DNA of 64,000 nucleotides from Thermodesulfobacteriota bacterium (GTDB taxonomy: Bacteria > Desulfobacterota > Binatia > Bin18): assembly GCA_964291405.2 (NCBI GenBank), contig OZ219926.1, positions 2,016,001 to 2,080,000 of the forward strand, given 5' to 3'. Position numbers and translations under genes: made by a program. Under the pieces are notes generated by a model, which worked only from the letters and a program-made list of their open reading frames with translations, was not told the DNA's origin and did no database searches. Below are positions 57,690 to 64,000 of the stretch, in pieces. Positions within the stretch are counted from its first letter, which is position 1. Each line of letters opens with the position of its first letter.

Positions 57690-57809
57690 AACATCTTTTC
57701 CACATCTTTTTTCGTGCTTGTGGCTTATCACGTGCATAAGGGGAAGAAAAACCCGCATATGGAACGGCTCGCCTCTCGAGCGTGGTCAGGAGCCGAGCCA
57801 GCTCTCGCT

Positions 57810-58628
57810 TCATGGCTTGATTGCGGTCGCGTAGAGCACATTCGCTTCGACCGCTGCCACGCCATCGGCACGGATAGAGACGAGATTGGCCGTGCGGACC
57901 TGCTCACGCTCGGCCGGCTCCAACTGCTCAATCGTCCCTCTGTAGCCCGACCCGAGAACGGCAGCCCACCAGTCTTCCGGCGAGCGAAGGGCATGGATGC
58001 CTATCTCGCTGTCGGCCTGCACGTCGTGGACACCGCCCTCTTTCAGCATGGCCCGCAGGGTGGCGGAGTCGGAGATGCGGTCCCAGGGGTTGAAGCCCTT
58101 GTAGAGCTCGGGGCGGACTGCGGCGACGGCGTCCCAAAATGCCGTGTTGGCAGGCTCAAAGAAACGCGGCCCCCAGGTTGTGATAGCGAGCACTCCCCCC
58201 GGAGCGACCATACGCCAGAGTTCCCTGACCGCCCCAGGCATATCGGGAATAAAGAATATACCAAACACACACACCACGGCATCGAAGTGGCCGTCGGGCA
58301 GATCGAGATCCAACATATCACCGGCCCGGAACTCTATGTTCTCAATCCCCTGTCGCGTGGCCTTGGCGCGCGCCAGTTTCAACAGACCCTCGGCAAGGTC
58401 AACCCCGAGCACGGAGCCATTAGGCGCCACCTTTTTCGCCGCGGGTATCGCCGACGCCCCACTGCCGCAGCAGACATCGAGGCAGCGGGCGCCCGACGAC
58501 AGGTCGAGCCGGTCGATCGTCCGCCGGCCGAAGCGGTCCCAGAACGAGTTGGCACTCAGGTCGTAGGCGTCAGCCGCCGCGTTATAGGTCTTGGCCGCTT
58601 TTATCTTGGCCTCACTCGGTGTCGGCAT
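57810..58628 (-). CDS. Class I SAM-dependent methyltransferase (UbiE-like fold)
   Basis: LDVCCGSG, GVDLA, FDAVVCVFG, VAPGG. Confidence 0.92.
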   Translation of the reverse strand: MPTPSEAKIKAAKTYNAAADAYDLSANSFWDRFGRRTIDRLDLSSGARCLDVCCGSGASAIPAAKKVAPNGSVLGVDLAEGLLKLARAKATRQGIENIEFRAGDMLDLDLPDGHFDAVVCVFGIFFIPDMPGAVRELWRMVAPGGVLAITTWGPRFFEPANTAFWDAVAAVRPELYKGFNPWDRISDSATLRAMLKEGGVHDVQADSEIGIHALRSPEDWWAAVLGSGYRGTIEQLEPAEREQVRTANLVSIRADGVAAVEANVLYATAIKP

Positions 58629-58683
58629 AGCTGCGTGTTCCTGCTTCTGGTGTAGCGCTATCGGCCAGACGCGCTCCGCCGCA

Positions 58684-59577
58684 CTACACTAAGCGCACAT
58701 CCCGGGCGAATTTTTCCATCATGTTCATCATGTCCGCATACGTCCGGGTGAAATTGAAGAAGGCCAGATACAGATAGCTTGCTCCGAGTTCCTGGTAGCG
58801 GGGAATATCGTCAAGGATCTCGTCCGGCTTCTTGCCACGTGGAGAAACACACAGGGTAATCTCGGAGAGGTCGCGGCCAGCCCGTGTCGCTTTTTCTTTG
58901 AGTTTCTCTACCCGCTCGGCAAACTCTTGCGGACTGAACACCACGGCTGGCCAGCCGTCGCCGTATTCGACAACACGGCGCAACGCCGGACCGGTATGGC
59001 CACCAATCCAAATGGGCGGATGGGGCTTTTGGACGGGGCGCGGCTCACAGCCGACCTCGCTGAATTGGTGAAAGCGACCCGTAAACGAGGGGTTTTCGTT
59101 GGTCCATAACTCTTTCATGACTGCGATGGCTTCTTCGCTGAGCGGGCCGCGGTCAGCAAAGGGCGCATTCAGAATGTTGAACTCCTCCTCCATCCAACCG
59201 ACCCCCACGCCGCAGATGATCCGCCCGGCCGATAAGACATCGAGGGTGGCCAGCGTCTTTGCCGTAACAACGGCGTTGCGGTGCGGCAGCACGAGCACGG
59301 CCGTGCCTAAGCGGACCTTGTTGGTGCAGGCGGCCACAAAACTCAGCACGCTTAGGGGTTCAAGCAGAGGTGCCTGCGGGTCGAGGGGAAAGGCGCCGTT
59401 CGGACTGTAGGGATAGCGAGAGGCAATCTGCTTTGGCGTAATAATATGATCGGCGACCCAGACAGAATCAAAGCCCAACGCTTCGGCAGTTTGGGCCGTG
59501 GTCTTGAGGCGGTTGAGGACATCCCCTCGTGCCAGTGGTCCAAGATGGGGGAGAAACGCGCCGTACTGCATAGTCAT
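58684..59577 (-). CDS. LLM-class F420-dependent oxidoreductase (Rv2161c-like)
   Basis: GFDSVWVADHII..YPY, LDVLSAGRIICGVGVGWMEEEF, PPIWIGG, YGDGW. Confidence 0.92.
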   Translation of the reverse strand: MTMQYGAFLPHLGPLARGDVLNRLKTTAQTAEALGFDSVWVADHIITPKQIASRYPYSPNGAFPLDPQAPLLEPLSVLSFVAACTNKVRLGTAVLVLPHRNAVVTAKTLATLDVLSAGRIICGVGVGWMEEEFNILNAPFADRGPLSEEAIAVMKELWTNENPSFTGRFHQFSEVGCEPRPVQKPHPPIWIGGHTGPALRRVVEYGDGWPAVVFSPQEFAERVEKLKEKATRAGRDLSEITLCVSPRGKKPDEILDDIPRYQELGASYLYLAFFNFTRTYADMMNMMEKFARDVRLV

Positions 59578-59719
59578 CCTCCGCGAGCAGAAAATCCATC
59601 CCCTGCTACCATACCCTCAGATGAAATGCCAATCGTTTGATAGGTACCAGCAGGCTGTCGACTCGGGTCTTGTAGCCATCTCCGTGAGGACGTGCTACAG
59701 AGCGGTACCGAGGCCAGCC

Positions 59720-60457
59720 ATGCCGAGTGACGTCAGGGATGCAAAGAGTAAACGTGTTCAGCATCTCCATGGTATTAAGGAACACGTTTACTCTTCAGGG
59801 AAAGCTGAGGGAGTTCGGGTCCTCCTGGTCCGACATGGAGAGACCATCTGGAATCAGGAAAACCGCTGGCAGGGCCAGGCCGATACGCCGCTCAGCCAGA
59901 CGGGCTATGACCAGGCGTGGCAACTCGCCCGGCGTTTCCAGCATGAAGAATGGTGTATTCAGGCGATTTACACCAGCGATCTCCGGCGGGCGCGGGACAC
60001 CGCAGATATTCTGGGCCAGGCGTTAGACGTCATGCCGGTCGAGGCGACGGCGTGGCGCGAAATGGATATTGGAACCTGGAGTGGACTGACAACCGCCGAG
60101 GTAGCAAACCGACACGCCGAGGAATGGGCACGGCTGCGACAGGGCGAAGACCTGCCACGCGGCGGAGGGGAAACATTCGCCCAGTTCCAAGGCCGCCTCG
60201 TGCAGTCGAGTCAACGTTTTGTCCGAGACCACAGGGGCGAACAGATTATCGTGGTGACCCACGGGGGCGCGGTGCGGGCTTTCCTGTTGCACTGTCGTGG
60301 TCTGAACATGAATCAATTCGGCCAGATTGAAAAAATTGGTAATACCGGCGTCAGCGAAGTCTCCCTCTTTCCAGGCGGAGAGGCCAAGATTCACATGATT
60401 AACAGCACTGCTCATCTCAACGGGGCGGTGCTGTCTGGCGAGACGGTTGACGCCTAG
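59720..60457 (+). CDS. Histidine phosphatase (phosphoglycerate mutase family)
   Basis: LVRHGET, SDLRRARDTA, REMDIGTWSG, GGETF, VTHGG; start uncertain. Confidence 0.88.
   Translation: MPSDVRDAKSKRVQHLHGIKEHVYSSGKAEGVRVLLVRHGETIWNQENRWQGQADTPLSQTGYDQAWQLARRFQHEEWCIQAIYTSDLRRARDTADILGQALDVMPVEATAWREMDIGTWSGLTTAEVANRHAEEWARLRQGEDLPRGGGETFAQFQGRLVQSSQRFVRDHRGEQIIVVTHGGAVRAFLLHCRGLNMNQFGQIEKIGNTGVSEVSLFPGGEAKIHMINSTAHLNGAVLSGETVDA
59744..59795. repeat. Perfect 16-bp inverted repeat with 20-nt spacer
   Basis: AAGAGTAAACGTGTTC (59744-59759) / GAACACGTTTACTCTT (59780-59795). Confidence 0.9.
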
Positions 60458-60469
60458 AGCAGAGTCACA

Positions 60470-60540
60470 TTAGGGGCCAGGGATTGAGAGTTGGGGGCTC
60501 GGTTTTCCCAATCTCTAATCCTCAGTTCCCAACACCCAAT
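60470..60540. repeat. Inverted blocks of degenerate heptamer repeats
   Basis: TTAGGGG CCAGGGA TTGAGAG TTGGGGG, then TCCCAAT CTCTAAT CCTCAGT TCCCAAC ACCCAAT. Confidence 0.65.
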
Positions 60541-60566
60541 CTGAGGATAGCTCGCTGTTACATTTT

Positions 60567-62808
<2,242 letters not shown>

Positions 62809-64000
62809 TTATAAACGGATCAGTTGGGCCGACAGAATAGGGTCGAGTCTGCGTAACGCGGCCAGAACCTCAGGCGAGACCTGGTCATCGACATGAATCA
62901 GGGAGATGGCTTCTCCGCCGATTTTCTCCCGCCCCAGTTCTAGACCGGCAATATTGATTCCCAAGGTGCCGAGGAGGGTACCCACCTGGCCGACCACACC
63001 AGGAACATCTTTGTTGTTCAGCAGCAGAATCGTTCCCTCGGGAACCGCTTCCAGATGAAAATGATTGACCCGCACTAGGCGCACGGTCTGATTGCTGAAG
63101 ACCGCCCCCGCGGCAGAGTTGACACTGTCCCTGGTCTGCACGCTGACATCGATGGAATTTAAAAAATCACTGGGAGTGCTGCTGCGCGACTCGATGACGC
63201 GGATACCGCGCTCACGCGCGACAAGCGGCGCGTTCACCACATTAATCGCCTGTTCGAGAATCGGGCTGAGCACCCCGCGCAGAACCGCCGCGGTGGCTGG
63301 TGCGACCTCATACGCGGTGATTTCCCCGCTGTACTCGATATGGATCTCGCGCGGGGCGTGCGGCGTAATCTGGGCGAGAAAGCTGCCGAGCTTTTCGCCC
63401 AGGAAGAGATACGGTTCCAAAATAGCCAGTTGCTCGTGGCTCAGCGCGGGGAAATTCACCGCGTTCTGAATCACCCCGCGCTGGAGGAAATGAGCGACCT
63501 GGTCGGCAATGGCAATCGCGACGTTGATCTGAGCCTCGTCTGTGGCGGCGCCCAAATGCGGAGTGCAGATCACATCTTGTCGCTGCAAGAGGGGATGGTC
63601 TGCCGGGGGCGGCTCGTCAACAAAGACATCCAGGGCTGCGCCCGTGACTTTACCACTCTCCAGCGCTTCAAGCAGGGCGGCTTCGACGACGATCCCACCC
63701 CGTGCGCAGTTGATAATGCGCACCCCGTCTTTCATCTGGGCTAGGGCGTGAGCATCGATCAGACCGCGTGTTTCCTTGGTCAGCGGCGTGTGTACGCTAA
63801 TAAAATCCGCTTGCCGATAGAGTTCCTCAAGCGGGACGAGTTCGACGTTCATTCTGGCGGCCGCTTCTGAGGTGACGAAAGGATCGTAGGCGACGACTCG
63901 CATCCGTAGCCCTAGGGCACGTTCGGCGACAATAGTTCCGATATTGCCCAGGCCGACCAAGCCGAGCACTTTATTGCAGACTTCGGTTCCCGTGAATTGT
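62809..64000 (-). CDS. serA: D-3-phosphoglycerate dehydrogenase (5' end outside window)
   Basis: GLGNIG, HTPL, NCARGG, ALDVF, TPHLGA, then ASB and ACT domains (DVPGVVG..INIA). Confidence 0.96.
   Translation of the reverse strand, partial: QFTGTEVCNKVLGLVGLGNIGTIVAERALGLRMRVVAYDPFVTSEAAARMNVELVPLEELYRQADFISVHTPLTKETRGLIDAHALAQMKDGVRIINCARGGIVVEAALLEALESGKVTGAALDVFVDEPPPADHPLLQRQDVICTPHLGAATDEAQINVAIAIADQVAHFLQRGVIQNAVNFPALSHEQLAILEPYLFLGEKLGSFLAQITPHAPREIHIEYSGEITAYEVAPATAAVLRGVLSPILEQAINVVNAPLVARERGIRVIESRSSTPSDFLNSIDVSVQTRDSVNSAAGAVFSNQTVRLVRVNHFHLEAVPEGTILLLNNKDVPGVVGQVGTLLGTLGINIAGLELGREKIGGEAISLIHVDDQVSPEVLAALRRLDPILSAQLIRL

Overview
GC-rich bacterial window with about 59 CDS and no recognisable rRNA, tRNA, CRISPR array, integrase or transposase. 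Most of it is catabolic and redox genes: six amidohydrolases, five luciferase-like (LLM) oxidoreductases, two Baeyer-Villiger monooxygenases, a hydantoinase/oxoprolinase pair, two Fe/2OG dioxygenases, an acyl-CoA dehydrogenase pair, a PQQ dehydrogenase fused to cytochrome c, an L-amino-acid-oxidase-like flavoprotein and a sulfotransferase. It also holds two toxin-antitoxin pairs and a stand-alone SIR2 protein, and ends in core genes (purA, partial serA). The gene content resembles Binatota/Tectomicrobia-type, possibly sponge-associated, genomes (inference only). Best leads: (1) an operon pairing an intact amidohydrolase with a translationally coupled paralogue that has lost three active-site residues, plus an alpha/beta-hydrolase lacking its nucleophile; (2) a PQQ-haem dehydrogenase with the lanthanide-type D-x-D motif, flanked by a decayed direct repeat of the neighbouring gene's 3' end; (3) near-identical CxxC/twin-arginine amidohydrolases bracketing an 11.6-kb block with a putative lactam/N-heterocycle pathway; (4) a BrnTA-REP-SIR2 islet. 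All calls come from motifs read by eye, with no database searches. Many starts were moved downstream of the ORF-track start on RBS evidence.
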